A DNA stretch of 64,000 nt from Clostridiaceae bacterium. GTDB lineage: Bacteria; Bacillota; Clostridia; Saccharofermentanales; DTU023. Positions within the stretch are counted from its first letter, which is position 1; the number at the start of each line of letters is the position of its first letter. The notes below the pieces were generated by a model. The model had not been told where the DNA came from and searched no databases. It saw nothing but the letters and a program-made list of their open reading frames with translations. The DNA lies in contig JAAYQX010000026.1 of the NCBI GenBank assembly GCA_012519085.1, forward strand, positions 2,425 through 66,424. Reading direction: 5' to 3'. Positions 26,341-35,928 of this stretch are shown here, piece after piece. The position numbers and the translations under genes were made by a program.

Positions 26341-27786
26341 ATGTCAAAATCAAAAACTGTTCGCACCCGCTTCGCTCCAAGTCCGACCGGCTTTATGCAT
26401 ATTGGTAATTTGCGTTCCGCTTTATATGCGTATCTGATTGCCAGATCAAACTCCGGTCAGTTTATCCTGCGTATAGAAGATACTGATCAAGAGAGAATAG
26501 TTGAGGGATCAGTCGAAGTAATCTATCAGACGCTTGCGGCATGCGGTCTAAATCATGATGAGGGACCTGATTTGGGGGGACCCTATGCTCCCTATGTGCA
26601 GTCAGAACGCAAGTCAGGTTATCTGCCCTATGCCGAGCAACTATTACGTGAGGGCAAGGCTTATTATTGTTTTTGTGACAAAGAAAGGACTTCTGGTCAA
26701 GAGTTTGCCGGCTATGACCGAAAATGTCGTGATCTGCCGCAGGAGATAATCACAGCTCGCCTGGCAGCAGGTGAGCCCTATGTAATACGTCAAAAAATGC
26801 CTCTGACCGGTTTTACAACTTTCATTGATGAGGTTTTCGGTGAAATTTCAGTTGCCAATGAGGAGCTCGAAGATCAGATTCTCATTAAGTCTGACGGTTT
26901 TCCGACTTATAATTTTGCCAATGTAATTGATGATTATACTATGGGAATCACACATGTGGTTCGTGGTTCCGAGTATCTCTCATCAACTCCGAAGTATAAT
27001 CTGCTCTACGAAGCCCTGGGTTGGGAGATTCCGGTCTATGTTCATTTGCCCTTAATTTTAGGTGAAGACGGCAGTAAATTGTCCAAGCGTCATGGCGCCA
27101 CCAGCTTTGCCGAACTGATTGATTACGGCTATTTGTCTGCTGCAATTATCAATTATATCGCGTTCTTAGGCTGGTCACCCGGAGACGATACCCGTGAGAT
27201 ATATTCACTTCAGGATCTGGAACAAGTCTTTTCCATTTCCGGCATTAGTAAGTCCCCGGCAGTATTCTCCATGGCCAAGCTTGACTGGTTCAACGAGCAA
27301 TATCTGCGTGCTATGCAGCCGCAAGACTTTGCCAATCTGATCAAGCCGCTGACTGATCAGGTGTTCGGCAATCAGGACTATAATCTCCCGCTTCTGGCTG
27401 AACTACTGCAGCCTCGCCTGACTCGCTTATCCGATATTTCAGAGCAAATAGACTTTTTTGTTGTTGCCGATCCGCTCAATCTGGATCTGTATAGACAAAA
27501 GCGGTCTAAATTACAACCAGAGACGGCTGCGATTATATTGACTGACCTCATTCCAAGACTCAGTCAGGTCACCACTTGGGAACATGATGAGATATTAGCA
27601 GTTATTCAAACATATGTTACGGACAGCGGGTATAAACTTGGTCAGGTAATGGGAGCTATACGGCCCAGTCTGTCCGGTCGCTCAGTGACTCCCGGGGGTG
27701 CCGTAGAACTGATGTTAATTTTAGATCAGGCTGAATCTCTACAGCGATTAAAACAGGCGTTAGTGTTTCTGCAGCAAAACAGTTAA
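26341..27786 (+). CDS. gltX: Glutamate--tRNA ligase
   Basis: RTRFAPSPTGFMHIGNLRSALYAYL (HIGH-type motif) and KLSKRHG (KMSKS-type motif); 481 aa. Confidence 0.9.
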   Translation: MSKSKTVRTRFAPSPTGFMHIGNLRSALYAYLIARSNSGQFILRIEDTDQERIVEGSVEVIYQTLAACGLNHDEGPDLGGPYAPYVQSERKSGYLPYAEQLLREGKAYYCFCDKERTSGQEFAGYDRKCRDLPQEIITARLAAGEPYVIRQKMPLTGFTTFIDEVFGEISVANEELEDQILIKSDGFPTYNFANVIDDYTMGITHVVRGSEYLSSTPKYNLLYEALGWEIPVYVHLPLILGEDGSKLSKRHGATSFAELIDYGYLSAAIINYIAFLGWSPGDDTREIYSLQDLEQVFSISGISKSPAVFSMAKLDWFNEQYLRAMQPQDFANLIKPLTDQVFGNQDYNLPLLAELLQPRLTRLSDISEQIDFFVVADPLNLDLYRQKRSKLQPETAAIILTDLIPRLSQVTTWEHDEILAVIQTYVTDSGYKLGQVMGAIRPSLSGRSVTPGGAVELMLILDQAESLQRLKQALVFLQQNS

Positions 27787-27882
27787 GCAAAAAAATTTAT
27801 TATGGAGTATTATTTCGGAAATACTCTGCTATAATTATCCAATCCAATATTGGAATGAATATTCATGCAAAGGAAAAAACAG

Positions 27883-29586
27883 ATGACAGAAGATCTAATA
27901 AATGAAACAGAGGACACAACTGAACTGATGGGCAGGAATTTTATCCACGATATTATCGATCAGGATCTTGCTCCCGACGGGAGACACCATGGACTTAAAA
28001 TCCATACCCGTTTTCCCCCCGAGCCGAATGGTTATCTTCATATTGGTCACTCTAAAGCAATCTATATTGATTTCGGCACAGCTGAGAAATATGGCGGCCT
28101 ATGTAATCTAAGAATGGATGATACCAATCCCAGTAAAGAATGCGTGAGCTATGTAGAAGCTATTAAGGAAGATGTCAGGTGGCTAGGCTATGACTGGGAT
28201 GACCGCTTTTTCTATGCATCGGATTTTTTTGAGGAGACCTATCGCCAGGCGGAACGCCTTATAAAAATCAATCTGGCCTATGTTTGTGAGCAGACAGCTG
28301 ACGAGATGCGTGAGAACCGTGGCACACTGACCAGCCCAGGTAAACCTTCGCCCTGGCGTGATCGCGACCCGGAGGAGAGTCTGGATCTGTTTCGCAGAAT
28401 GCGGGCAGGAGAGTTTCCTGATGGAGCCATGACACTACGGGCCAAAATTGATATGAGTTCAGGGAATATGAATTTACGCGATCCCGTGCTATATCGCATC
28501 ATGAGGGAAACACATCACCGCACCGGCGATGATTGGCTTATTTATCCGATGTATGACTTCTCTCATCCGATATCCGACGCCATGGAAGGGATCACCCATT
28601 CGCTTTGTTCCTTAGAATTCGTAGACCATCGCCCACTCTATGATTGGGTTATAAGTAATTGTGATCTGCCAGGCAGACCGCGGCAGGTAGAATTTGCCAG
28701 ATTGGGTATCAATTACACTGTCATGAGCAAGCGCAAGCTGCGGATCCTGGTTGAAGAGGAAATAGTTGATGGTTGGGATGACCCTCGCTTGCCGACGTTG
28801 TGTGGCATGAGAAGAAGGGGGTATACTCCGGAAGCTATCCTTAAATTCAATGAACGCAATGGAGTATCCAATGTTCCGTCAACTGTAGAATTTGACTTTT
28901 TGGAATTTTGTGTCCGCGAGGATTTGAACGAGAGATCTCAGCGAGTGATGGCAGTGCTGGATCCCATCAAGCTAACCATAGAAAACTATCCGGCCGACAA
29001 AGAAGAGAATTTTACTGTTGAGAACCATCCCTTTAACCCTGAGCATGGCAGTCATGATATTACTTTCTCCCGCGATTTATGGATCGAACGCGATGATTTT
29101 ATGATTGAACCTGCTCGTAAATATTTCCGCCTGTATCCCGGCAATCTAGTCAGATTGCGGGCCGCCTATGTAATTCGCTGTACCGGATATAAATTAGATG
29201 ACTCCGGTCAAGTCAGCGAAGTGACAGCAGAATACCTGCCTGAAAGCAGGGGAGGAGTTGCGCCGGACGGTACTAAAGTAAGAGGTACTATTCATTGGGT
29301 CAATCAGAGAGACTGTCTGGATGCAGAAATCCATCTCTACGACAAATTATTCACAGTACCCGATCCTGATGCGCATGACGCTGATTACAAAGACCTGATA
29401 AACCCGGATTCTATAACTATCATTTCACATGCCAAATTAGAACCGGCTATTAGAACTATGGATAGTCCAACCGGCTTCCAATTCATGCGGCTGGGCTATT
29501 TCAAGGAGGATTCAAAACTGAGCACTGCTGCAGAACCTGTCTACAACAGAGTAGTGACGCTCAAGGAAACATACAGACCGGATTAA
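27883..29586 (+). CDS. glnS: Glutamine--tRNA ligase
   Basis: TRFPPEPNGYLHIGHSKAI, VMSKRKL and a C-terminal anticodon-binding beta-barrel-type region. The ATG at 27883 has AAGGA 8 nt upstream; the track start at 27865 remains possible. Confidence 0.85.
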   Translation: MTEDLINETEDTTELMGRNFIHDIIDQDLAPDGRHHGLKIHTRFPPEPNGYLHIGHSKAIYIDFGTAEKYGGLCNLRMDDTNPSKECVSYVEAIKEDVRWLGYDWDDRFFYASDFFEETYRQAERLIKINLAYVCEQTADEMRENRGTLTSPGKPSPWRDRDPEESLDLFRRMRAGEFPDGAMTLRAKIDMSSGNMNLRDPVLYRIMRETHHRTGDDWLIYPMYDFSHPISDAMEGITHSLCSLEFVDHRPLYDWVISNCDLPGRPRQVEFARLGINYTVMSKRKLRILVEEEIVDGWDDPRLPTLCGMRRRGYTPEAILKFNERNGVSNVPSTVEFDFLEFCVREDLNERSQRVMAVLDPIKLTIENYPADKEENFTVENHPFNPEHGSHDITFSRDLWIERDDFMIEPARKYFRLYPGNLVRLRAAYVIRCTGYKLDDSGQVSEVTAEYLPESRGGVAPDGTKVRGTIHWVNQRDCLDAEIHLYDKLFTVPDPDAHDADYKDLINPDSITIISHAKLEPAIRTMDSPTGFQFMRLGYFKEDSKLSTAAEPVYNRVVTLKETYRPD

Positions 29587-29598
29587 GCGGATAATTAA

Positions 29599-30450
29599 AT
29601 GTTCGGATATATCAGACCAGACAAACCGGAACTGCTGATGAGGGAATTTGCCCGCTTTAGAGCTTGTTATTGCGGCATATGCAAAACTATATCTGAACGC
29701 CACGGACAGATCCCCCGTCTGGCAGTGTCCTACGATCTGACTTTTTTGGCCCTGTTATTGCTGGCTTTATCTGCTGATGATGCAGTAGTTGCGCCTGAGA
29801 CATGTATCCTTAATCCTTTTAAGAAGAAGCCCATCCTCAGGGATCATATTGCTTTAAGTTTCTCTGCTGATATGGCTGTACTTTTAACCTGGTTGAAAGC
29901 GCAGGATGATGCTGCTGATGAAAAGAAAATCAGAGGCAGAGTGCTTTCCCTTGGTCTGGCTTCAGCAGGAAAACGGGTACTAACAGTCTATCCCGAACTT
30001 GGCGAAACAATTTCTTGCGGTATCAAGGAGCTGACAGCAGCTGAAACAGGTATCCCTGATCCAGCCGTAGCAGAAAAATTCAGCTCTATTTTAGCCGAAA
30101 TTTTTGCCGAAGGCGCACAGCAGGTAATACCGGTTCTCTCAGATGAAATAGTACAAGCACTTACTATTGCTGGTGCCCGCCTAGGCTGCTGGGCTTATCT
30201 GATTGATGCGATTGACGATCTGGAGAAAGATCTACATAATAATGAATGGAATCCGTTTGCAGGCTTGTCTGTTGAAGCTGCCAGGGAACAGGCGGATTCA
30301 ATGTTAATTATTGAAGAAGTCGAGTTGGATCGAATTTTTGCTCTACTGCCATATGAAAGAGACGGGACAATTATTTACAATGTGATTGTGAGAGGATTGC
30401 CCGCAGTAAGACAGACTGTAATGAGGGGGGAGAAGCTGCTTAAGCTTTGA
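29599..30450 (+). CDS. DUF5685-like protein
   Basis: N-terminus MFGYIRPDKPELLMREFARFRACYCGICKTISERHG...SYDLTFLALLL matches my recollection of DUF5685. It starts 12 nt after the glnS stop with no obvious Shine-Dalgarno sequence. Confidence 0.55.
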   Translation: MFGYIRPDKPELLMREFARFRACYCGICKTISERHGQIPRLAVSYDLTFLALLLLALSADDAVVAPETCILNPFKKKPILRDHIALSFSADMAVLLTWLKAQDDAADEKKIRGRVLSLGLASAGKRVLTVYPELGETISCGIKELTAAETGIPDPAVAEKFSSILAEIFAEGAQQVIPVLSDEIVQALTIAGARLGCWAYLIDAIDDLEKDLHNNEWNPFAGLSVEAAREQADSMLIIEEVELDRIFALLPYERDGTIIYNVIVRGLPAVRQTVMRGEKLLKL

Positions 30451-30478
30451 TCTATCTGGACTGGAGATGGAGAATTAA

Positions 30479-30877
30479 ATGGCTGCAAGAAGAAAGAATC
30501 CATATGATGTATTAGGAGTTCGTCCCGGTGCCAGCGAGGACGAAATTAAACGTGCCTATCGTGAATTAGTCAAGAAATACCATCCGGATCATTACAAAAA
30601 TCATCCTCTGGAGCATCTGGCACAAGAGAAAATGCAGGAAATTAATGAGGCATATGATGAACTGACATCCGGCAATCAGCAAGCTGGCCACCAATCACAA
30701 CAGCAGCAAGGAGGCTACAATCCCTGGTATGGTCAGCAACAGGGACAGCCGCACAATCCCTTTGGCCGGACCTATTATGGATCTGGTCAATCCAGTTGCT
30801 GTAACGATCTTGCCTGTCTGTGCTGTGCTGACAGCTGCTGTGAATGTATGGGCGGAGATCTCTGTGCCTGCATGTAA
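30479..30877 (+). CDS. J-domain protein with a Q/G-rich linker and a C-terminal cysteine string
   Basis: J-domain NPYDVLGV...[11 protein letters not shown], a linker [24 protein letters not shown], and the tail [26 protein letters not shown] (10 Cys in 26 aa; nt 30797..30874). Confidence 0.8.
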   Translation: MAARRKNPYDVLGVRPGASEDEIKRAYRELVKKYHPDHYKNHPLEHLAQEKMQEINEAYDELTSGNQQAGHQSQQQQGGYNPWYGQQQGQPHNPFGRTYYGSGQSSCCNDLACLCCADSCCECMGGDLCACM

Positions 30878-30903
30878 AGACAGAATTTTCTGTTGACAGA
30901 ATT

Positions 30904-31431
30904 ATGGTTAGCACTAAGACAAATCTTTCCAAGCGGATAGCTATGAACGGTATGCTGACTGCGCTGGCCTGGGGTATGATTATTTTATCGGCCTATTTGC
31001 CCACGGGGCGTTTTTTTATTTTAGCAATTAGTTCCTTATGTATCGTTATTTCTTGGTTGGAATGGGGCAAGAGAGCTGCTTTTACCGTCTATCTCGCTGT
31101 CGCTGTCCTGGCTTTGTTATGGCCCGGTGTTATCAAAAGTCTCACTTTCCTGACCTTTTTTGGTCTGTTTCCACTTTTGTTCCTATTCCTGCAATCTAAG
31201 CTGCCGCGCATCACTGCTCTATTGCTCCTGCACTTGATAATGACTATATTAATAATCGCAGTTCTTTGGATCGTAGGAATAGACAGACTACTAATTGATA
31301 CTAAAGGTCTTGATGGTTTGGCATTATGGGCAGTTATTATTGTTCTACTGCAAATTATTTTTTTGGTGTTTTCATATCTACTGGGCAGACTTACTCAGAT
31401 TTGGCTGGAGCGGATTAAAAAGCACAGCTAA
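30904..31431 (+). CDS. Hypothetical polytopic membrane protein
   Basis: About 5 hydrophobic segments and no recognised family. The start is uncertain (ATG at 30904 or 30844) and neither has a good Shine-Dalgarno sequence. The 9-nt direct repeat GACAGAATT occurs twice just upstream. Confidence 0.45.
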   Translation: MVSTKTNLSKRIAMNGMLTALAWGMIILSAYLPTGRFFILAISSLCIVISWLEWGKRAAFTVYLAVAVLALLWPGVIKSLTFLTFFGLFPLLFLFLQSKLPRITALLLLHLIMTILIIAVLWIVGIDRLLIDTKGLDGLALWAVIIVLLQIIFLVFSYLLGRLTQIWLERIKKHS

Positions 31432-32849
31432 TTGCGGCGTTTAGAGCTCCGAATCGCCTGCCAATAATAAAATATGCGCAATAGATTACGTAGCAAAACA
31501 AAGCTCAGCAATAAAATCAAAAGTATTACTAGGAACAGGAGGAGCCGGGCCAGATTCGGATTTGCATTAAGATTCTGCAGAAAATAAGCTACCTGCGACC
31601 GCGAAGATAGAATATCTCTATCCGGCCCGACATTAGCGGAAATTTTCATACCGTTTTTCAGGGAAAATACTGCCTTGCCAGTGATTGTACCGGCAGTCAA
31701 CGGCAGTAAATAAGGCGGATTGCCCTGATACTCGATATCCTGAGTCAGAAACAGATCGTCCTCCGGATGAAGATAATTAATTGTTTCCAGAAAAACCAGA
31801 TTGAATACATCGCCATTTTCCGCCCGCTCCTTTAGGCCTGCCATTTTTTCACCTTTGCTGACCAGAGGCGTTTCTTCATAATAATTATCGATCACACTGT
31901 ATAATCGGATTACATCCTGTATCATGTTTGACTTGTCCGCAGCGATAGAAGCAGTAATGATATTATGTCCCTCTTTAGTTGTGCCTGAAGTTAAAGTTAG
32001 GCTGGTACTATCTTGTGCATTGTATGCCTGATTCACTTGTCCTTCACTTAGACTCCAAAGACGATAGATGGGGGACCGCAAAGACACTAAGCGCTGGCCA
32101 TCAAAATCAACTGTCAGGAAAGTTTCATAAGTACTGAGCCAAGTTTGAGCTTTAGGTGTATTGCGATAACTAAGCATGATCTTGATCAGATCAGAGATAG
32201 TTGATGTATTCTGTGCCAGACTGATATCAGCAATATCATTGTTATACGAATGCGATCTGATCGAAGATATTTTAGTCTTCGTCAATCCAATGATCTCTGC
32301 TTGTTGATTGAGTAGGCGGATTCCCTCCTCGGTATTTGTTGCCAAGGCTTCCAGCAGAGCGACTGCAGCACCGTCAGAGTGATAATAAAGCATGCGATAA
32401 ACCAAATATTCGACTGAGAATTGTTGACCTCCCGATAACGAAATATTGTCCGGTGACTGTGCGGTCAGATTGCGGTCAGCAACTGCCGCACTGCTACTGA
32501 TAGTGATCAAATCATCCTGGTTAAAGCGTTCAGCAACCAGGCCAAGCAATATCAATCTGGAAACGCTAGGTACTGGCAGCACTGTTTCGAGCTGATCACC
32601 ATATAGAAACTGTTCCCATTTTGTGTCGTAGACACCCACTCCTAGGAGCTGGTGTTCGAACTTAAGATTACGGTAAATTAGAGACTGATTAAAGGCTTCC
32701 TCAGAAAGAGCCGGCAACTGCGCAGCCAGAATGGCAGAACTGGGGGCAGCAATTGATAATCCGAATAACAGCAACGCTAGACCGAGTGAGCAAACTCGCT
32801 TTCGATCCAGGAATAATTTTGACTTCTTAATTTTATACAAAGCCCTCAT
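31428..32849 (-). CDS. Peptidase S11 (D-Ala-D-Ala carboxypeptidase/PBP5)-like protein with substituted catalytic motifs and a C-terminal transmembrane anchor
   Basis: Signal-like N-terminus. By-eye alignment to the Dac motifs gives PSVSRL (SxxK becomes SxxR), HSDGAAVALLE (SxN becomes SDG) and SGTTKEG (KTG becomes SGT). I prefer the ATG at 32849 (MRALYKIKK) over the track start at 32909. Confidence 0.5.
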   Translation of the reverse strand: MRALYKIKKSKLFLDRKRVCSLGLALLLFGLSIAAPSSAILAAQLPALSEEAFNQSLIYRNLKFEHQLLGVGVYDTKWEQFLYGDQLETVLPVPSVSRLILLGLVAERFNQDDLITISSSAAVADRNLTAQSPDNISLSGGQQFSVEYLVYRMLYYHSDGAAVALLEALATNTEEGIRLLNQQAEIIGLTKTKISSIRSHSYNNDIADISLAQNTSTISDLIKIMLSYRNTPKAQTWLSTYETFLTVDFDGQRLVSLRSPIYRLWSLSEGQVNQAYNAQDSTSLTLTSGTTKEGHNIITASIAADKSNMIQDVIRLYSVIDNYYEETPLVSKGEKMAGLKERAENGDVFNLVFLETINYLHPEDDLFLTQDIEYQGNPPYLLPLTAGTITGKAVFSLKNGMKISANVGPDRDILSSRSQVAYFLQNLNANPNLARLLLFLVILLILLLSFVLLRNLLRIFYYWQAIRSSKRRN

Positions 32850-32999
32850 TAGTTTTCCCCGCATGCATAATTTATTATAGCTTGAAAGATGCTTTAAGTG
32901 CACTGTCAAATTAGTTAGGTTTGCAGTAACAAAAACTTACAAGTAAAATTAAAATTATTATAAAGGCAAGACAAAATAAACTTACGAGGCTTCTTACAT

Positions 33000-34499
33000 A
33001 TGTTCTATTGTTCGACACTGAATAAGAAATATTGTAGATTTCTATTTGTCATGCTTCTTTTCCTATTAGCTGTGTCAATTGTTGGTTGCAGCTTGGGCGA
33101 GGATAAGATAATTAGATATGCTGATTACGGTACGGTAGGCTCTGATTTTGCTCTGGAATTAGCACGGAGCTATCCTTATCGGAGTCCCGGATCAGATCAG
33201 GAAAAAGCGGCAGCCTTGATGATCGCTTCCGCCTTTGAGGAGCTTGGTTTCCAAGTGCAGATGCAGGAGTTTGATTATAGGAGTGATAGTGGTCAGATCC
33301 GGCATTCGCAAAATATCATCTGCCGTCTTGAAGGCAGTGGGTTTATTAAGCTTGATGCGGATGGGAAAGAGACTTCAGAATGTCTGGATAACAAATGGAG
33401 CATTGTAGGAGCTCATTATGATGTATTGGTAACTGGTCCGGATTTCAGAACTAATCAGGACATTGCAGAGCAATCCGATGAGGAAAGCGGCGAGTCTTCC
33501 GGTGGACAGGAAGCACCGGAAGAAGCAATCAGTACTACTACAACGGAGGAAGATATCTCTGTAGAGATGACAGAGGAAGATAATCTTATTGACAAACCAG
33601 GCTGGCAGATGGAGCGGGAAATACCCATACCTGTGGGCTATAGAACCTATGATGGGATCAATAATAATGCCTCGGGCGTTGCCTGTGTTCTATCTGTAGC
33701 CGGAGCAATGCGCGATGATCCGCCCGGTTTTGACACTGTTTTTGTTTTATTTGGTGCCGGAACTGATAATCAGGCTGGAGCCAAAGCCTATTTATCCAGC
33801 CTTAATTCTGAAGAAAGAGCAACTCTTGAGGCGATGTACAATGTTGAAGCAATTTTTGCCGGCGATAAAGTCTATGCCCACGCCGGGACAAATTCCGTCA
33901 GAACTGGCAATCAGAAAGATTACCATATGAGACGAAAATTATATGAGGCAACTGACGTTTTTTACCATTACCGTTTAAATACTAATAACGGCTATTCCTT
34001 GTATACCAATCAATCGGCTTTGCGGGTTAATGCCGGTTTAGGCGGAATAAGCATTTTTTCGGAATGGACCTCGAAAGTTTCAGATCATACGCCATTTGAC
34101 TTGGCAAATATACCAATTGTTTATTTTGAATCCGGTGAATACAATATTAATGATCTAGCAGAATTGGGACTGGAAAGTCGCAACCCCAGCTTCAGCAGCA
34201 CTGAGGGCAGGATTTCCGGCACTCCCTTCGATTCTTCAACTTATCTTACAGCACTCTTTATGGATATGGCCCAAAGCGAGGCCAGAGACGATTTCTTCCT
34301 TACGCCTTCGCCTCAGCCCTCTCAGGCGCCGTCTGAAAATGGAAATAGTACTATCAATGCGGACAATAGTGATACTGCAAGTACAACTGTGGCTATGCGT
34401 GATTTGCCCAGATTAGAACAGCGTATTAACAATACCGCTTTTATTATTGTGAAAGCCATGCAAAGGGAACCGGCCGGCTTCAAATTGAACAGAAAGTGA
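33000..34499 (+). CDS. M28 aminopeptidase-like lipoprotein with substituted metal ligands and an acidic insertion
   Basis: Lipobox SIVGCS. M28-like blocks are GAHYD, GINNNASGVACVL (canonical GADDNASG) and FGAGTDNQAGAKAY (canonical EE.GL.GS). It also carries the acidic stretch SDEESGESSGGQEAPEE...TEEDISVEMTEED. Confidence 0.5.
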   Translation: MFYCSTLNKKYCRFLFVMLLFLLAVSIVGCSLGEDKIIRYADYGTVGSDFALELARSYPYRSPGSDQEKAAALMIASAFEELGFQVQMQEFDYRSDSGQIRHSQNIICRLEGSGFIKLDADGKETSECLDNKWSIVGAHYDVLVTGPDFRTNQDIAEQSDEESGESSGGQEAPEEAISTTTTEEDISVEMTEEDNLIDKPGWQMEREIPIPVGYRTYDGINNNASGVACVLSVAGAMRDDPPGFDTVFVLFGAGTDNQAGAKAYLSSLNSEERATLEAMYNVEAIFAGDKVYAHAGTNSVRTGNQKDYHMRRKLYEATDVFYHYRLNTNNGYSLYTNQSALRVNAGLGGISIFSEWTSKVSDHTPFDLANIPIVYFESGEYNINDLAELGLESRNPSFSSTEGRISGTPFDSSTYLTALFMDMAQSEARDDFFLTPSPQPSQAPSENGNSTINADNSDTASTTVAMRDLPRLEQRINNTAFIIVKAMQREPAGFKLNRK

Positions 34500-34545
34500 G
34501 AGGATATTCATTATGAATACTCCCGATTCGGAGAGTGAGATGTAA

Positions 34546-35760
34546 TTGCAGAATACCTTTGCAGCCAAACAGAAAGTAACAGCACTTTATATCCATGTTC
34601 CTTTCTGCCTGCATAAATGTCATTACTGTGATTTTTATTCTGTACCCTTTGCAGAATCAAGTCTGCAGCAATGGCATCAAGGCATCTTGAAAGAAATAGA
34701 ATTATCCTACATGGCTGCTACAGCCGGAGCCTTTTCTAAAAGTCCTTTGCAGACCATTTATTACGGAGGCGGTACACCTTCATTGGTACCGCTTTCACTG
34801 CTGTCAGAGCAGCTAAGTCTTATCAGTAATACTTTCGGTATTTGCACAGAGGCAGAAATTACTTTGGAAGCTAATCCCGGCATTAAAGACATTCCTTCTC
34901 TACGTTCTTTGGGGGTCAGTCGCCTCAGTTTCGGTTTGCAATCCACGTCTGATCGCCTGCTGCGAATGCTGGGTCGCCGAACTACTGTAGATTCTTGTAT
35001 TGAAGATGTGCTTCGAGCGGAGAGAGCCGGATTTGATAGAATTGCTGTTGATCTGATGATTGGCCTGCCGGGACAAACACTGGCTGATCTGCAGGAAACG
35101 CTGTCTGTTATTACCAAACTGCCAATAGGTCATATTTCATACTATAGCCTGACCATTGCCGCAGGAACACCATTTGAAAAGTGGTATGGAGATCGCCCCG
35201 ACTTGTTGCCTTCTGAAGAGCTGGAACGTGAGATGTATTATCTGGTTTTATCTAGCTTGGAGGATGCGGGTGTTTTCCCCTATGAGATCAGCAATGCTTC
35301 TCGCTGCGGCGAGGAGAGTCGACACAATTTGGTCTATTGGCAGGCTGACAGTTATCTAGGATTAGGTCCTGCGGCGCATAGTTATCTGGGGGGTGTCAGG
35401 CGTGGCAATATCGCTTCCTTGGCCAAATGGTCGGAAAACGTAAATATTCATTATCAGACTGCTTCGAGCGGCACAGACAAGGGGAAATGGCAGCCAGAAC
35501 AATTCTTGCCTGGAACTGTTGAAGAGATTATTGATGAAGCAGCAGCCAGGAAAGAAACAGTCCTGTTAGGTTTGCGACTTTTGTCCGGAGTCAGCCGGCA
35601 TAACTTTCGAAAAAGGCATTGCAGGGAACTTACAGAGGAGTTTGCTGAACAAATCTCAAAATTGCAAAATAGAGAATTGTTGCAGTTGGAAGTTGACTCG
35701 ATCAAGCTTACAAGGCTGGGTTTGGATTTAGCAAATCAAGTTTTTCTTGAATTCGTCTAA
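34546..35760 (+). CDS. hemW: Radical SAM heme chaperone HemW (oxygen-independent coproporphyrinogen oxidase-like)
   Basis: YIHVPFCLHKCHYCDF (CxxxCxxC), followed by GGGTPS. Position upstream of hrcA-grpE-dnaK-dnaJ as in other Firmicutes. TTG start. Confidence 0.85.
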   Translation: MQNTFAAKQKVTALYIHVPFCLHKCHYCDFYSVPFAESSLQQWHQGILKEIELSYMAATAGAFSKSPLQTIYYGGGTPSLVPLSLLSEQLSLISNTFGICTEAEITLEANPGIKDIPSLRSLGVSRLSFGLQSTSDRLLRMLGRRTTVDSCIEDVLRAERAGFDRIAVDLMIGLPGQTLADLQETLSVITKLPIGHISYYSLTIAAGTPFEKWYGDRPDLLPSEELEREMYYLVLSSLEDAGVFPYEISNASRCGEESRHNLVYWQADSYLGLGPAAHSYLGGVRRGNIASLAKWSENVNIHYQTASSGTDKGKWQPEQFLPGTVEEIIDEAAARKETVLLGLRLLSGVSRHNFRKRHCRELTEEFAEQISKLQNRELLQLEVDSIKLTRLGLDLANQVFLEFV

Positions 35761-35843
35761 TGGCAATTATTCAATAATTTTGCAGGCAGTGATGTTTGCA
35801 GCTGTGAAAACGGGCTGATTTTGTAACTACTGTATCTCTAATA

Positions 35844-35872
35844 TTGACAGTCATTTAAGCAGATGATAAGAT
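35844..35872 (+). promoter_or_regulatory. Sigma-A promoter of the hrcA operon (TTGACA-17-TAAGAT)
   Basis: Consensus -35 at 35844..35849, a 17-nt spacer and -10 at 35867..35872, immediately upstream of CIRCE. Confidence 0.6.
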
Positions 35873-35876
35873 CAAT

Positions 35877-35903
35877 TTAGCACTCGGGAGCAGCGAGTGC
35901 TAA
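35877..35903. promoter_or_regulatory. CIRCE operator (HrcA binding site)
   Basis: TTAGCACTC-GGGAGCAGC-GAGTGCTAA, a perfect match to the CIRCE consensus TTAGCACTC-N9-GAGTGCTAA. Confidence 0.95.
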
Positions 35904-35928
35904 ATTATGGATGAAGGAGGAGCCGATC

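Noticed and set aside
30844-30903. The longer version of the membrane-protein ORF, starting inside the J-protein gene
   Set aside because: No Shine-Dalgarno sequence is present, the start would overlap the Cys-string coding region by 34 nt, and the added residues ([20 protein letters not shown]) are not hydrophobic or signal-like. The start remains uncertain, so I did not build any claim on it.
34513-34545. A 10-codon mini-ORF (MNTPDSESEM) between the M28-like gene and hemW
   Set aside because: It is too short and has no convincing ribosome binding site or conservation evidence. It probably arises by chance within the hemW 5' region.
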